Numbered from the stretch's first letter, positions 10,911 to 20,929 are shown. The stretch is DNA of 64,000 bases from Chthoniobacterales bacterium (GCA_038207335.1 JBBQZX010000003.1:64001-128000), one strand, 5' to 3'. Numbers and translations: made by a program. Notes: generated by a model not told the origin, from the letters alone.

Positions 10911-11569
10911 TGAATGAATCGCCACGCAGCGGGCGCCTCATCGTCGTCGAGGGCATCGACGGTGCGGGCAAAAGCACCATTATCCGGCGGCTTTCGGAGG
11001 AGTGCCGCGAGGGTCGAATCGCGTACGTCGTCAGCCGCGAGCCAACCTCCGGAAAATGGGGTGCGATGCTCCGGGAAACCGCACGCACCGGACGGCTCTC
11101 GCTCGAGATGGAACTCGAGCTTTTCCTTCAAGATCGTGCCGAGCATGTCCTCACGCTCATCGCCCCGGCTCTCGAGGCCGGAAAGATCGTGATCCTCGAC
11201 CGCTACTACTTTTCCACCGCCGCGTATCAGGGTGCGCGCGGTGCCGATCCCGCGGCGATCCTCGCGGCGAATGAAGAATTCGCGCCCGCGCCCGACCTCG
11301 TGTTGCTGCTCGATATCGATCCCATTGCGGGCCGCGCCCGCATCGCCGGGCGAGGGGATGTGCCGGATGATTTCGAGCACGCCGATGCGCTGGCGAAAGT
11401 GCGCGCGATCTTTCTCTCGATCGAACGCCCCTTCATCGCGCGCATCGATGCCTCGCAGCCGCCGGAAACCGTCGAGCGCGAATGCCTCGCGCGCTTCCAT
11501 CAGCTCCTTGAGTCGCCGCCTGAAGCGCGCCTTGATTCAGTTGCTCGTGATAGAAATTTGCTCTCATGA
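10910..11569 (+). CDS. tmk: Thymidylate kinase
   Basis: IVVEGIDGAGKST, REP, DRAEH, LDRY..ST.AYQG, PDLVLLLD. Confidence 0.93.
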   Translation: MNESPRSGRLIVVEGIDGAGKSTIIRRLSEECREGRIAYVVSREPTSGKWGAMLRETARTGRLSLEMELELFLQDRAEHVLTLIAPALEAGKIVILDRYYFSTAAYQGARGADPAAILAANEEFAPAPDLVLLLDIDPIAGRARIAGRGDVPDDFEHADALAKVRAIFLSIERPFIARIDASQPPETVERECLARFHQLLESPPEARLDSVARDRNLLS

Positions 11570-11883
11570 AGAGCGCTTCCGTCGCCGATCCTCGCAACGA
11601 CTTCGCCTGCTTCTCGCGTTGCATTCCGCAGGGTGAAGAAGTTTCCATTACAGAGCGCGGCGAGGATTTCACCACGTTCTTTCCTGCCGCCGCGAAACTT
11701 CAGAAGAAAAGGAAGAGGATCGTCTGGCCGGACTTCGGCGCGCGAATCTCGCGGCTTGAGGATGATGCGCTCTTGATCGAGCGCAACTGCTCTCCGATCG
11801 GCACACGTACGCAATCAGCGCGCGCGCGTTTTTTACTTTCGACAAAATTCGATCACGTCTTGCGGAAGCGGAGGGGCTGGTAG
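11566..11883 (+). pseudogene. Degenerate Phd/YefM-type antitoxin remnant; no toxin partner
   Basis: MKSASVAD-RNDF...GEEVSITERG...WPDFGAR matches the Phd/YefM pattern with atypical substitutions and an unrelated-looking tail. Confidence 0.55.
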
Positions 11884-11897
11884 CGCCGCTTTGAGCC

Positions 11898-12470
11898 ATG
11901 CTGCTTTGGCGCGAAAAGATCCCCGATTCGTGGCTGCCGCAGGTGCGCGCGAATATGCCGGCGGTGCTGATCGATCATGCCTACCTCGAGCGCAAGGCGG
12001 CCAATGCGGCGCTGAATCTCGAGAAGTATGACGAACTACGCGATTACCTCGCCGAACTGAACGCCATTGCGATCGAAGAGCTGCAGCACTTCGGGCTCGT
12101 GCTCGACTTGCTGCGCGCGCGCGGGATCGATTTCGGCGGACCTCACCGGAGCCCGTGGATTTCCGGCATGATGGCGGAGGTGCGGCGCGGGCGGCGCGAG
12201 CAGGCGATCGATCACCTCGTCGTCTGTGCGCTCATCGAGGGGAGGAGCTGCGAAAAATTTCAGATCCTCGCGGCAGGCGTACGCGACCTCGATCCAGGAC
12301 TCGCGGATTTTTACGCGAGCCTCGTCGAGAGCGAGGGGAATCACTACGCGGCGTACCTCATAATGGCGCGGCACATCGACCTGCCGGAGACAGAGCGGCG
12401 GCTCGATTACTTTCTCGATCTCGACGCACGCCTCATCCGCGAGCCGAATCCCCGCGCGATGCTGCACTGA
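11898..12470 (+). CDS. miaE: tRNA-(ms2io6A37) hydroxylase, MiaE family
   Basis: LIDHAYLERKAA, EELQHF, ALIEGRSCEKF, SEGNHY (diiron ligands). Confidence 0.85.
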   Translation: MLLWREKIPDSWLPQVRANMPAVLIDHAYLERKAANAALNLEKYDELRDYLAELNAIAIEELQHFGLVLDLLRARGIDFGGPHRSPWISGMMAEVRRGRREQAIDHLVVCALIEGRSCEKFQILAAGVRDLDPGLADFYASLVESEGNHYAAYLIMARHIDLPETERRLDYFLDLDARLIREPNPRAMLH

Positions 12471-12484
12471 AGCGGCTTTGAGGC

Positions 12485-13846
12485 CTATTGCCGCGAGTCG
12501 GCGAGCTCCGTATCGCGCGCGAGGTGGCGCGTGCCCCAGAGCCAGAAAATGCTCGCAACGACCATCATCGCGGAAACCGTCAGGAAACCGGCGTTCATGC
12601 TCCAGTGGCCGGCGATCCATCCGATGAGCGGAGGCGAAATCGCGTCTCCCAGCGCATGGATCGCGAGGATATTCAGCGCGAATGCGGTCGCGCGCGTGGC
12701 AGCGGGTGCGACGTTTGCGAGCGCGGTGTTCGAAGGGCCGGTGTTGAAGAAAAGGAAGAAGACCGCCAGGAAAATGAGGCCCCACGAAAGTGGGAATGGC
12801 GTCCACAGCATTGCCACCGTCGGCGGGAATGCGCAGAGGATGCCAATGCCAGAGACAAGGAAATATGAGCTGGGGAACCGTTTCCGCAGGCGATCTCCGG
12901 CCCATCCGCCCGCCAGCGTGCCGAGCAAACCGGCGACGACCGTCACAGCTCCGAACGTGAAATTCGCCTTCGCTAAAAGCTGGCTCCCAGCCGCCTCTCC
13001 CGCCGCTTTGTCCGTTGCCGTCGCTGTCACCGATTTCGCGGCCTCGATAGCCGCCGCATATTGTGGAAAATCGGCCGCGCGATTCTCCGAGATGTAGCTC
13101 GGAATCCAGAAAGCCATACCGCCGATTGCGAATGTCATCGCGGCCATCGCGGCGGTGTTCAGCACGTAGCTCGGGATGCGGAAAAGGGCGAGATAATCGT
13201 CGAGGCTCGCGCGCTTCACCGGCTGCGAAGCCTGTGCAGGAGATGATCTCCGTGGATCACGCATGAAAAAGCAGAGCGCCGTGAGCAGGAGCCCCGGCGG
13301 CACGACGAGGTAGAACGCCAGGCGCCAGCCCCACTTTGCCGCGACCGCTCCTCCGAGCACATATCCGAGTGCGCTGCCCACCGGGATCGCGAGGTAGAAG
13401 AGCGAAAGCATCCGCCCTCGGCGCTCCACCGGATACAAATCCGCGATGATCGTGGGCGCGGCTGGACCGTATCCCGCCTCGCCGACGCCGACGAAAAGCC
13501 GCGTTACCACCAGCACCGCGAAAGTCGCCGCGAGCCCGGTCCAGCCGCTCGCGAGGCTCCACAGCGCGACACTCGCTCCGATCAGCAGCCAGCGCGAGCA
13601 TCGGTCGGCGAGCCATCCGAAGACCGGTGCCATCACCATGTAGCTCACCAAAAACGCCGTCGCCAGCGCGCCTGTTTTTCCCATCGCTGACGGGTCATCC
13701 GCGGCGAAAAACGAGCGCCGTAAATCCGGCTCGACCGCTGCGAGGATCATGCGGTCGATGTAGTTGAAAAGATTGATCGCCAGAAGCAGTGCCACCGCGC
13801 GACCTGCGCCGGGCGCGATAGCGATTTTTGACGGTGTTTCGTTCAT
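12485..13846 (-). CDS. Spinster-family MFS transporter
   Basis: INLFNYIDR, GWLADR, RLFVGVGEAGY, PTIIADLYP..RR, AIPVGSALGY, HALGDAISP. Confidence 0.85.
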   Translation of the reverse strand: MNETPSKIAIAPGAGRAVALLLAINLFNYIDRMILAAVEPDLRRSFFAADDPSAMGKTGALATAFLVSYMVMAPVFGWLADRCSRWLLIGASVALWSLASGWTGLAATFAVLVVTRLFVGVGEAGYGPAAPTIIADLYPVERRGRMLSLFYLAIPVGSALGYVLGGAVAAKWGWRLAFYLVVPPGLLLTALCFFMRDPRRSSPAQASQPVKRASLDDYLALFRIPSYVLNTAAMAAMTFAIGGMAFWIPSYISENRAADFPQYAAAIEAAKSVTATATDKAAGEAAGSQLLAKANFTFGAVTVVAGLLGTLAGGWAGDRLRKRFPSSYFLVSGIGILCAFPPTVAMLWTPFPLSWGLIFLAVFFLFFNTGPSNTALANVAPAATRATAFALNILAIHALGDAISPPLIGWIAGHWSMNAGFLTVSAMMVVASIFWLWGTRHLARDTELADSRQ

Positions 13847-13956
13847 GCGAGCGGAGAACTAGCGGGCATCGGCCTTTGCGGGAAATTGATTCTCCAAACG
13901 GCGGTCCGTAAAATTTCAATTTCGCGATTCGTTTCGCCCCTCCTAGCCTGCATCTC

Positions 13957-16164
13957 GTGTCCAGCAATCCCCAGCCTGCCCTTTCCGAGCGCTTCCTTCG
14001 TGGCCTCGGCGCCATCCTCGCCCGGCTCATCTACCGCGTTACCAGCCGGCATGCCGAGCGGCTTCCGGAGGGCGGATTTCTGCTGCTGCCAAATCACCTC
14101 ACGTACGTCGATGCGCTCGTCCTCCAGCTCTCTTGCCCGCGCCCGATTCGCTTCGTCATCTGGGATGAAATCTACCGCCTCCCGCTGTTCAATCCCATCT
14201 TCCGCGCGGTCGGTGCGATCGCCATCTCGGCGCGTCACGCAAAGGACTCCATCCGTGATGCCGTCGAACTCATCGAACGCGGCGAAATCGTTTGTATTTT
14301 TCCCGAGGGCGAGCTCTCTCGCAGCGGCATCCTGCTGCGGCTGAAACGCGGTTACGAACTGATCGCGCGCGGCGCGGATTGCCCAGTCGTCCCCGTCTGG
14401 CTCGATCAGCTCTGGGGCTCCATCTTCTCGTTCGCGGGTGGGAAGTTCTTCTTCAAATGGCCGCGCCACCTGCGTTACCCGGTTACCATCGAATTCGGCG
14501 AACCCATTGCTCCTGCCGACGCCGGCATCGCCACGCTGCGCGCGCGGTTTCTCGAGCTCGGGGAGTCGTGTTTCCAACAGCGCTCCATCCTCCGCACGCA
14601 TGTCGCCGAGGCGTGCGTGCGCGGCTTGAAGCGCGGCCAATTTCACACCGCGCTCATCGACGGTACCGACCACAGCACGCTCTCTCGTGGCACCCTGCTC
14701 GCAGCCGGCATCGCGCTCAGCCGAGTCGTCGCGCGGGATTGTGCGGGGCGGCGCGTCGCGATCGTCATTCCGCCGGGAAAAGGCGCGGTCATCGCGAATC
14801 TCGCGGTGATGCTTGCTGGCAAAGTCCCCGTAAATCTCAATTTCACCGCCGGTCGCAGTGCGGTCGAAGCCGCCATCCGTATCGCGGATATCCGCCACTG
14901 TATCACCGCCGGTATTGTGATGAAAAAGCTCGGAGATTTTCCGTGGCCGGATCACTGCATTCTTTTGGAAAAATCGATGCCCGCACTGAAACTGCGCATC
15001 GCCGCGTGGCGCGTCGCCGCCGCTATCACGCCCGCTGCCCTGCTTGCGCGCATCCTTGGCATCCCGCGCATTGGCGATCACGAGGAGGCGGTCATCCTTT
15101 TTACCAGCGGCAGCAGTGGCGACCCGAAAGGCGTCGTCCTCAGCCATCGCAATCTCCTCGGAAACGTCAGCCAATTCGCGCTGATGCTGAACCTCAGGCG
15201 GCGCGACGCCTTACTCGCGTGCTTGCCGTTTTTCCACAGCTTCGGGTCCACAGTCACACTCTGGTATCCGATCCTCGAAGGCATCCGCTCGGTTACGTAT
15301 CCGAACCCACTCGACCTCGCGAAAAACGCTGACTTGATCGAGCGCTACGCCATCACGCTTTTCTGCACGACGCCCACTTTTCTCCGCGGCTATTTGAGAA
15401 AAACAGAGCCTGCAAAACTCCGCTCACTCGAACTCATCGTTACGGGTGCCGAGCGTCTGCCGGGCGAACTGGCGGACGTTTTTCGCGAGCGCTTTGGAAA
15501 GGAAGTGATGCAGGGATACGGGCTTACGGAGACCTCGCCGGTCGCCAGCGTGAATCTTCCCGAGCCTCCTGCCGGCGATGGTGAACAGGTGCAGCCGAGT
15601 TCTCGACGCGGCAGCGTCGGCAAGCTCGCGCCGGGAATCGCTGCGCGCATCTGCGATCCACAGAGCGATGCGCCACTGTCGCTGCACGAGAGCGGAATGC
15701 TGTGGCTGCGCGGGCCGAATATTTTCGAGGGATACCTCGACGATCCTGCCCGCACGGCGGAGGTGCTGCGCGATGGCTGGTTCAAAACCGGCGACCTTGG
15801 GCGGTTCGACGAGGACGGATTCTTGTTCATTGAGGGGCGGCTTTCACGCTTCTCGAAAATCGCGGGCGAGATGGTGCCGCACGAGACGGTCGAGAGCCGT
15901 ATCGCCGAGCTTTTTGCGCTGCCGGAAGATGAGCGGCTGATAGCGATCACGAGCATTCCCGACACCGCGAAAGGCGAGGCGCTCGTGCTCCTCACTGCGC
16001 GGGACATCGATGCGGGAGAGCTGCGCGAAAAGCTGACCGGCGCGGGGTTGCCGAATCTGTGGGTGCCGAAAAAGGTGCTACGGATCGATACCGTGCCGGT
16101 GCTGGCGAGCGGGAAGCTGGATTTGAAAGCGTGCCAGCAACTCGCGGCGGAAGGCGCTGCGTGA
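13957..16164 (+). CDS. aas: Bifunctional lysophospholipid acyltransferase / acyl-ACP synthetase (no fused LplT domain)
   Basis: NHLTYVD and FPEG (acyltransferase); FTSGSSGDPKG, QGYGLTE, TGDLG, RFSKIAGEMV, SGKLD (AMP-binding). Confidence 0.88.
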   Translation: MSSNPQPALSERFLRGLGAILARLIYRVTSRHAERLPEGGFLLLPNHLTYVDALVLQLSCPRPIRFVIWDEIYRLPLFNPIFRAVGAIAISARHAKDSIRDAVELIERGEIVCIFPEGELSRSGILLRLKRGYELIARGADCPVVPVWLDQLWGSIFSFAGGKFFFKWPRHLRYPVTIEFGEPIAPADAGIATLRARFLELGESCFQQRSILRTHVAEACVRGLKRGQFHTALIDGTDHSTLSRGTLLAAGIALSRVVARDCAGRRVAIVIPPGKGAVIANLAVMLAGKVPVNLNFTAGRSAVEAAIRIADIRHCITAGIVMKKLGDFPWPDHCILLEKSMPALKLRIAAWRVAAAITPAALLARILGIPRIGDHEEAVILFTSGSSGDPKGVVLSHRNLLGNVSQFALMLNLRRRDALLACLPFFHSFGSTVTLWYPILEGIRSVTYPNPLDLAKNADLIERYAITLFCTTPTFLRGYLRKTEPAKLRSLELIVTGAERLPGELADVFRERFGKEVMQGYGLTETSPVASVNLPEPPAGDGEQVQPSSRRGSVGKLAPGIAARICDPQSDAPLSLHESGMLWLRGPNIFEGYLDDPARTAEVLRDGWFKTGDLGRFDEDGFLFIEGRLSRFSKIAGEMVPHETVESRIAELFALPEDERLIAITSIPDTAKGEALVLLTARDIDAGELREKLTGAGLPNLWVPKKVLRIDTVPVLASGKLDLKACQQLAAEGAA

Positions 16165-16183
16165 TGCGCTCGCGTCGCTGATT

Positions 16184-16651
16184 TTATGCGGCAACGGCGG
16201 TGCCGAGCGACTCGTGAAATGCGCCGTAAAATTCTTGCGCGCGGGAGAGGCCGCGGCGCATGAGCTGGCGAAGATGGATGACATCATCGAGCGCGACGAC
16301 CATGTCCACGCTGTGCGCGAAGGCCTGCATCTCGTCGTTGGTCGTGAAGCTGGAGCCCAGGAGCACGAGAAACTGCTGGTGACGGTTCGCAGCGGGCGCG
16401 CTGATGGCTTCGGCGAGGAGCGGATTGGTCCTCGCATCGCTGCCGCCAAAGTGCTCGGCGATGATAACCGCGTGGTAGGTGTGCGTGCGCAGTTTGAGCA
16501 GGAGATCGTCGAGCGAGAAGCCGGTGTGGATTTTGTGGCCCACCTCGGAGAGATGCTCAGCGATGAGATTTTGGAGTTCCGGGACATCGACGCAGATGAG
16601 CGCGGTTTTGTCGCCGGGTTGGAAAATATCGAGTCGTGCGGATGCGGACAT
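16184..16651 (-). CDS. Hypothetical protein (receiver-like fold) downstream of the pilT pair
   Basis: Co-oriented with pilT/pilU and 13 nt from the upstream stop; alternating beta/alpha pattern. Confidence 0.65.
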   Translation of the reverse strand: MSASARLDIFQPGDKTALICVDVPELQNLIAEHLSEVGHKIHTGFSLDDLLLKLRTHTYHAVIIAEHFGGSDARTNPLLAEAISAPAANRHQQFLVLLGSSFTTNDEMQAFAHSVDMVVALDDVIHLRQLMRRGLSRAQEFYGAFHESLGTAVAA

Positions 16652-16664
16652 TTTTTCGTGAAGA

Positions 16665-17873
16665 TCAGAATTTCAAACGGCTTGGGATCGACATGGGAGC
16701 AGGCGCCGCTGCGGGCGCGGCAATGTCAAGGCGCAGGCCGGTAGGTACGTCGTCTTTATCAAGACCCTGCTTTTTCTTCGCTGCGTCGAGAAAGCGCGTC
16801 ATTCGCGATTTATTGGTGGCGTAACGCGTGGCGATTTCCTCGGTGATCTCGCCGGCCTCGTACGCGCGCCCGAGCGACTGGTCGAAGGTCGTCCACCCGA
16901 ATGTCGCGTTCGATTCGATGATGTCGTAAAACGTGCGCCCTTCCGATTCGCCGAGCGCGATGGCTTCACGGACGCGCAGGTTCGTCCCCATGATTTCATT
17001 CATGAGCACGCGGCCTGGGCTGGAGGCGCGCGGCGCGAGTCGCTGGCTCACGATGAAACGCAGCACTTCGGCGAGGCGGATTCGGAGCTGCGGCTCCTCG
17101 TCGCGGTCGAACATGCCGAGGATGCGCGAGACGGACTGGCCTGCATTGACCGTGTGGATCGTGCTGAGAACGAGGTGGCCGGTTTCAGCGGCGGTGAGCG
17201 CGATTTCAACCGTCGCGCGGTCCCGCATTTCGCCGACGAGGATTATCTTCGGAGCCTGTCGCAGAGCCGACCGCAGGCCATTCGGGAAATCCTCGAAGTC
17301 GCTGCCGAGTTCGCGCTGATTGAAGGTGCTGCGCTTGTGCTGATGGATGAATTCGATCGGGTCCTCGAGCGTCACCACATGCACCGCCTGCGTGAGGTTG
17401 ATCTCGTTCAGCATTGCGGAAAGAGTGGTTGTCTTGCCGCTGCCGGTCGCGCCGGTGACGAGGATGAGGCCATTTCGCTCCCGGCACATCTCCTTGAAAA
17501 TCGGATGCAGCCCCAGTGCTTCGATCGTCGGCATTTCCGTCTGCATCCTCCGCATCACGATCGCAAAATTGCCGCGCTGCTTGAAGATGTTGACGCGGAA
17601 GCGAGCGCCCTCGCGGATGGCGTAGCTGCAATCGCAGGAACCGCGCGTTTCAAGTTCGTGGAGATTGCGGCGATTGTTCCCGATGATGTTCAGCGCGATC
17701 TTCTCGGTCTGGAATCGTGTCAGGGCCTTGATTCGCGGCGCAATGTCGGCATCGCGCAGCTCGCCGAAGGCCTCGACCTGGAAAGGCCGGCCAACGCAAA
17801 AGAGGAGATCGGAGATGCCGGGATGCGTTTCCAGCATCGCAGTGAGGACAGTGTCTAGCTCGGGGCGGCGCAT
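16665..17873 (-). CDS. pilU: PilT/PilU-family retraction ATPase (PilU-like)
   Basis: GATGSGKTTT, TLEDPIE, LRQAPKIILVGEMRD, TGHLVLSTIH. Lacks the AIRNLIRE motif. Confidence 0.8.
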   Translation of the reverse strand: MRRPELDTVLTAMLETHPGISDLLFCVGRPFQVEAFGELRDADIAPRIKALTRFQTEKIALNIIGNNRRNLHELETRGSCDCSYAIREGARFRVNIFKQRGNFAIVMRRMQTEMPTIEALGLHPIFKEMCRERNGLILVTGATGSGKTTTLSAMLNEINLTQAVHVVTLEDPIEFIHQHKRSTFNQRELGSDFEDFPNGLRSALRQAPKIILVGEMRDRATVEIALTAAETGHLVLSTIHTVNAGQSVSRILGMFDRDEEPQLRIRLAEVLRFIVSQRLAPRASSPGRVLMNEIMGTNLRVREAIALGESEGRTFYDIIESNATFGWTTFDQSLGRAYEAGEITEEIATRYATNKSRMTRFLDAAKKKQGLDKDDVPTGLRLDIAAPAAAPAPMSIPSRLKF

Positions 17874-17879
17874 GGCTTT

Positions 17880-18959
17880 TTAGTCCTCCCAATCGTCCGG
17901 CGGCGTTTTCAAAAACACGCGGAACTTTTTCTTATCGATCGCCTTCTCGTAAGCCTCCTCCGGCGCGATTTTTGCGGCACGCAGCAGATCCATGATCGAG
18001 TCGTCGAGCGGCTGATTCCCCTTCTTTTTTCCGACCTGCATCATGCCCGGAATCTGGTGTGTCTTACCCTCGCGGATGAGATTCGCGATTGGCGTGTCGC
18101 AGACGAGGACCTCGAGACCGGCGAGACGTCCAGGCTTGTCGATGCGCCGGAAGAGGTTCTGCGCGACGACGCCTTTCAGTGATTCGGAAAGGCTGGCGCG
18201 GATTTGGTTTTGCTGGTTCGCGGGAAAAACATCAATGACGCGGTCGATGGTTTTCGGAGCGCTCGGCGTGTGCAGCGTTCCAAAAACGAGATGGCCCGTC
18301 GCGGCGGCGGTGAGCGCGAGGTCGATCGTCTCGAGGTCGCGCATTTCTCCGACGAGGATGATGTCGGGATCTTCGCGCAATGCCCCGCGAAGCGCGCTGG
18401 CAAAGCCTTTGGTGTGCACGCCGACTTCGCGGTGATTCACCAGCGACTGCTGCGAGCGATGAACGAACTCGATCGGATCCTCGACGGTGATGATGTGATC
18501 TTTGCGATGCAGATTCGCGTAATCGACCATCGCCGCCAGCGTCGTGGATTTTCCCGAGCCGGTCGGCCCGGTCACGAGCACGAGTCCTTTTTTCAGCATG
18601 GCAAAACGCTTGAGAACCGGTGGCAGACCGAGGTCTTCCATCGTGAGCACTTTGCTCGGGATGAGCCGGAAGACGGCGCTGATGCCGGTGCGCTGATTGA
18701 AAAAATTCGCGCGGTAGCGGGCGAAGCCGGGATATTCGTAGCCGAAATCGACGTCGCCGGTTTCCTCGAAGATCTTGATCTTCTGCTCCGGTGCGATCTC
18801 ATAAACGAGCGCCTTGAGGTCGTCATTTTCGAGCGCCGGCATGTCCACGCGGACGAGTTCGCCGTGAATCCGGAGCATCGGCGGATTGCCGGTGGAAAGA
18901 TGAAGGTCAGAGGCGCTCTGCTCCTTCATGAACTTGAAAAACGAATCAATGCGGGCCAT
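17880..18959 (-). CDS. pilT: Type IV pilus twitching motility ATPase
   Basis: GPTGSGKSTT, EDPIEF, LREDPDIILVGEMRD, TGHLVFGTLHT, IANLIREGK. Confidence 0.92.
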   Translation of the reverse strand: MARIDSFFKFMKEQSASDLHLSTGNPPMLRIHGELVRVDMPALENDDLKALVYEIAPEQKIKIFEETGDVDFGYEYPGFARYRANFFNQRTGISAVFRLIPSKVLTMEDLGLPPVLKRFAMLKKGLVLVTGPTGSGKSTTLAAMVDYANLHRKDHIITVEDPIEFVHRSQQSLVNHREVGVHTKGFASALRGALREDPDIILVGEMRDLETIDLALTAAATGHLVFGTLHTPSAPKTIDRVIDVFPANQQNQIRASLSESLKGVVAQNLFRRIDKPGRLAGLEVLVCDTPIANLIREGKTHQIPGMMQVGKKKGNQPLDDSIMDLLRAAKIAPEEAYEKAIDKKKFRVFLKTPPDDWED

Positions 18960-18999
18960 GCCGCGCTGTCGTAGCTAGCGGGATGCCACGGCGGGGACG

Positions 19000-19087
19000 G
19001 TTGAGAGTTTCGAGTTGAAAGTTGAGAGGTGGAACCTGCTCTTCAGGGGGATTTCCCTCTTTCGACCCTCACCTAACGACTCTCAAC
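19000..19087. repeat. Heptamer-periodic palindromic intergenic element
   Basis: Perfect inverted ends GTTGAGAGT / ACTCTCAAC; internal units GTTTCGA, GTTGAAA, GTTGAGA. Confidence 0.6.
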
Positions 19088-19092
19088 ATTTG

Positions 19093-19782
19093 TCAAAGAA
19101 CCCGCCGTTCGCCGGTTCTCTCGGAGCGCAGGGCGTCGAGCGTCGCGCGGATTTGAGAGAGGAGCTTATCCTGCGTGTATGGCTTTGGGAGGAAGCCGCG
19201 GAGACCTTTCGCGAGCATCCCGCGGAGCCGCTCCTGCTCGGTAAAACCGCTGCTGAGGACGACCGGGACGTTCGGATCGAGTTGGAGAAGTTCGTTGAAA
19301 ACGTCGGAACCATCCATCACGGGCATCGTGAAATCGAGGATGACGAGCGCGATTTCGGAGCCGAGTCGGCGGTAAAGCTCGAGCGCGCGGAATCCATCCG
19401 GCGCGGTCAGCACGCGGTAGCCTTCGCCCGCGAGCATTTCGCCGACGAGGAGTGTGACGAGTTCCTCGTCATCGACGATCAAGACGAGCTCGCGCTCTCC
19501 ATCGGGATTGAGGATGTTGAATTCGCCTCCACTGGGAATGGTAAAATCAGCGCTGAGTACGGCAGACGGTGCGGGTGGATCCGTGACTTGGTGAGCGAGA
19601 CGTTCCGCTATTTCGGATGCCCGCTGGAGTCCGCTGCGGAGGAGCGTGATGTATTTCTCAGATTCCGCGGAGGGCGGGCAGAGCTTGAGCAGTTCGCTGC
19701 TCGAATTCGAGATGACTTGCAGGAAATTATTCAACTCGTTCGCAGTCGAGCGAAGCCATTGAATATCCTCATTTTTCGGCAT
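19093..19782 (-). CDS. Response regulator with N-terminal degenerate HisKA-like helix pair
   Basis: ANELNNFLQVI (H-box lacking His), then REC: IVDDEE, LDFTMP, LSSG, PKP. Confidence 0.8.
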   Translation of the reverse strand: MPKNEDIQWLRSTANELNNFLQVISNSSSELLKLCPPSAESEKYITLLRSGLQRASEIAERLAHQVTDPPAPSAVLSADFTIPSGGEFNILNPDGERELVLIVDDEELVTLLVGEMLAGEGYRVLTAPDGFRALELYRRLGSEIALVILDFTMPVMDGSDVFNELLQLDPNVPVVLSSGFTEQERLRGMLAKGLRGFLPKPYTQDKLLSQIRATLDALRSERTGERRVL

Positions 19783-19953
19783 TGGAGAACGACCGTAACC
19801 AGCTTGAGATCAGACGCTTTCGTCGCGACACGCCCACCAAACGCAGCCCAAGAAAGCGGAAATAATAAAGGAGAACATCCCCAGAGTCAGCATAAGTGCG
19901 CGCGGTAATGCTTCAAACACCTCGAATGCGTCAACACGATTCGTGCCGAATCG

Positions 19954-20400
19954 TCAGATTTTCACGTCGAAGAATTCCGCGAGCACCGTGCGATAGACTT
20001 CACGCTTCATTTCCGGCAGCCACGCGATTTGAAAATCGCCGGGACGAATCCACTGGAATGCCCGGAATTCCGGATGTTCGGTGGCAACATTGATCTCGGA
20101 ATCTTCGCCGCGAAAATCGCACAGGAAGTAGATTTGCTCTTTGCCGTGGTATCCGCGTTTTGTGCGCCCGTCTCCGAATTCGTAGAAGAACGGCCCTTTG
20201 CGCAATACGACGCGATACGCGGTCAGCTGGACGCCAATCTCCTCGAGGATCTCGCGCCCGAGGGCTTCCTCATACGTCTCACCATCATCGACACTGCCCT
20301 GCGGAAATTGCCACGCCTGCGCTTCGTTCACGCGCTCACAGACGAGGATTTTACCGTGCACATTTCGCAGGATCGCCGCGACACTGGAGCGATACTTCAT
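19954..20400 (-). CDS. NUDIX hydrolase (RppH/Ap4A-like)
   Basis: MKYRSSVAAIL, WQFPQGSVDDGETYEEALGREILEEIG (Nudix box), PEF. Confidence 0.85.
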   Translation of the reverse strand: MKYRSSVAAILRNVHGKILVCERVNEAQAWQFPQGSVDDGETYEEALGREILEEIGVQLTAYRVVLRKGPFFYEFGDGRTKRGYHGKEQIYFLCDFRGEDSEINVATEHPEFRAFQWIRPGDFQIAWLPEMKREVYRTVLAEFFDVKI

Positions 20401-20414
20401 TTCGAGAAAAAAAG

Positions 20415-20897
20415 ATGAATCGCAGGAACTATGCACTCTCCGCAGCCGCATTCGGCATTGCGCTTTTGATCCACTGCGTGGCGTTGTGGCAACCGGCACG
20501 GCAGGTCAGGCTTCATCAGCAGCATTTGCTTCGTTCGGTGGAAAATCGCGACTGGCCTCGTTTCGAGAGTTTCATCGACGATCACTATTCCGATCGCTGG
20601 GGACATGACAAAAGTTTTGTGACGAAAGAGTCGCGCGAAGTTTTCCGGCAATTCATTTGGGTGACGGTTCAGCAACGGGAGGATGTCATTTCGATGACGC
20701 CGGGCCTCGGAGCGGAGAGCGCACGGCTCGTGATTGCCGGGGCGGGAGGGCCGCTGGGGGAGGCAGTAAAGCAGCGGGTGAACGGGCTCGCCGGGCCATG
20801 CGAATTTCGCTGGAAAAAGGCGGGCTGGAAACCGTGGGAATGGAAGCTCGTGGAGTTCGATCAAGCGGAACTGGAAATCCCGGACGGCTTGTGGTGA
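20415..20897 (+). CDS. Hypothetical protein with N-terminal TM helix
   Basis: ATG 20415, hydrophobic N-terminus, divergent from the NUDIX gene. Confidence 0.65.
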   Translation: MNRRNYALSAAAFGIALLIHCVALWQPARQVRLHQQHLLRSVENRDWPRFESFIDDHYSDRWGHDKSFVTKESREVFRQFIWVTVQQREDVISMTPGLGAESARLVIAGAGGPLGEAVKQRVNGLAGPCEFRWKKAGWKPWEWKLVEFDQAELEIPDGLW

Positions 20898-20929
20898 GCA
20901 CGCGGGCAGGGGAGTGCGAAGCGCGAGAG

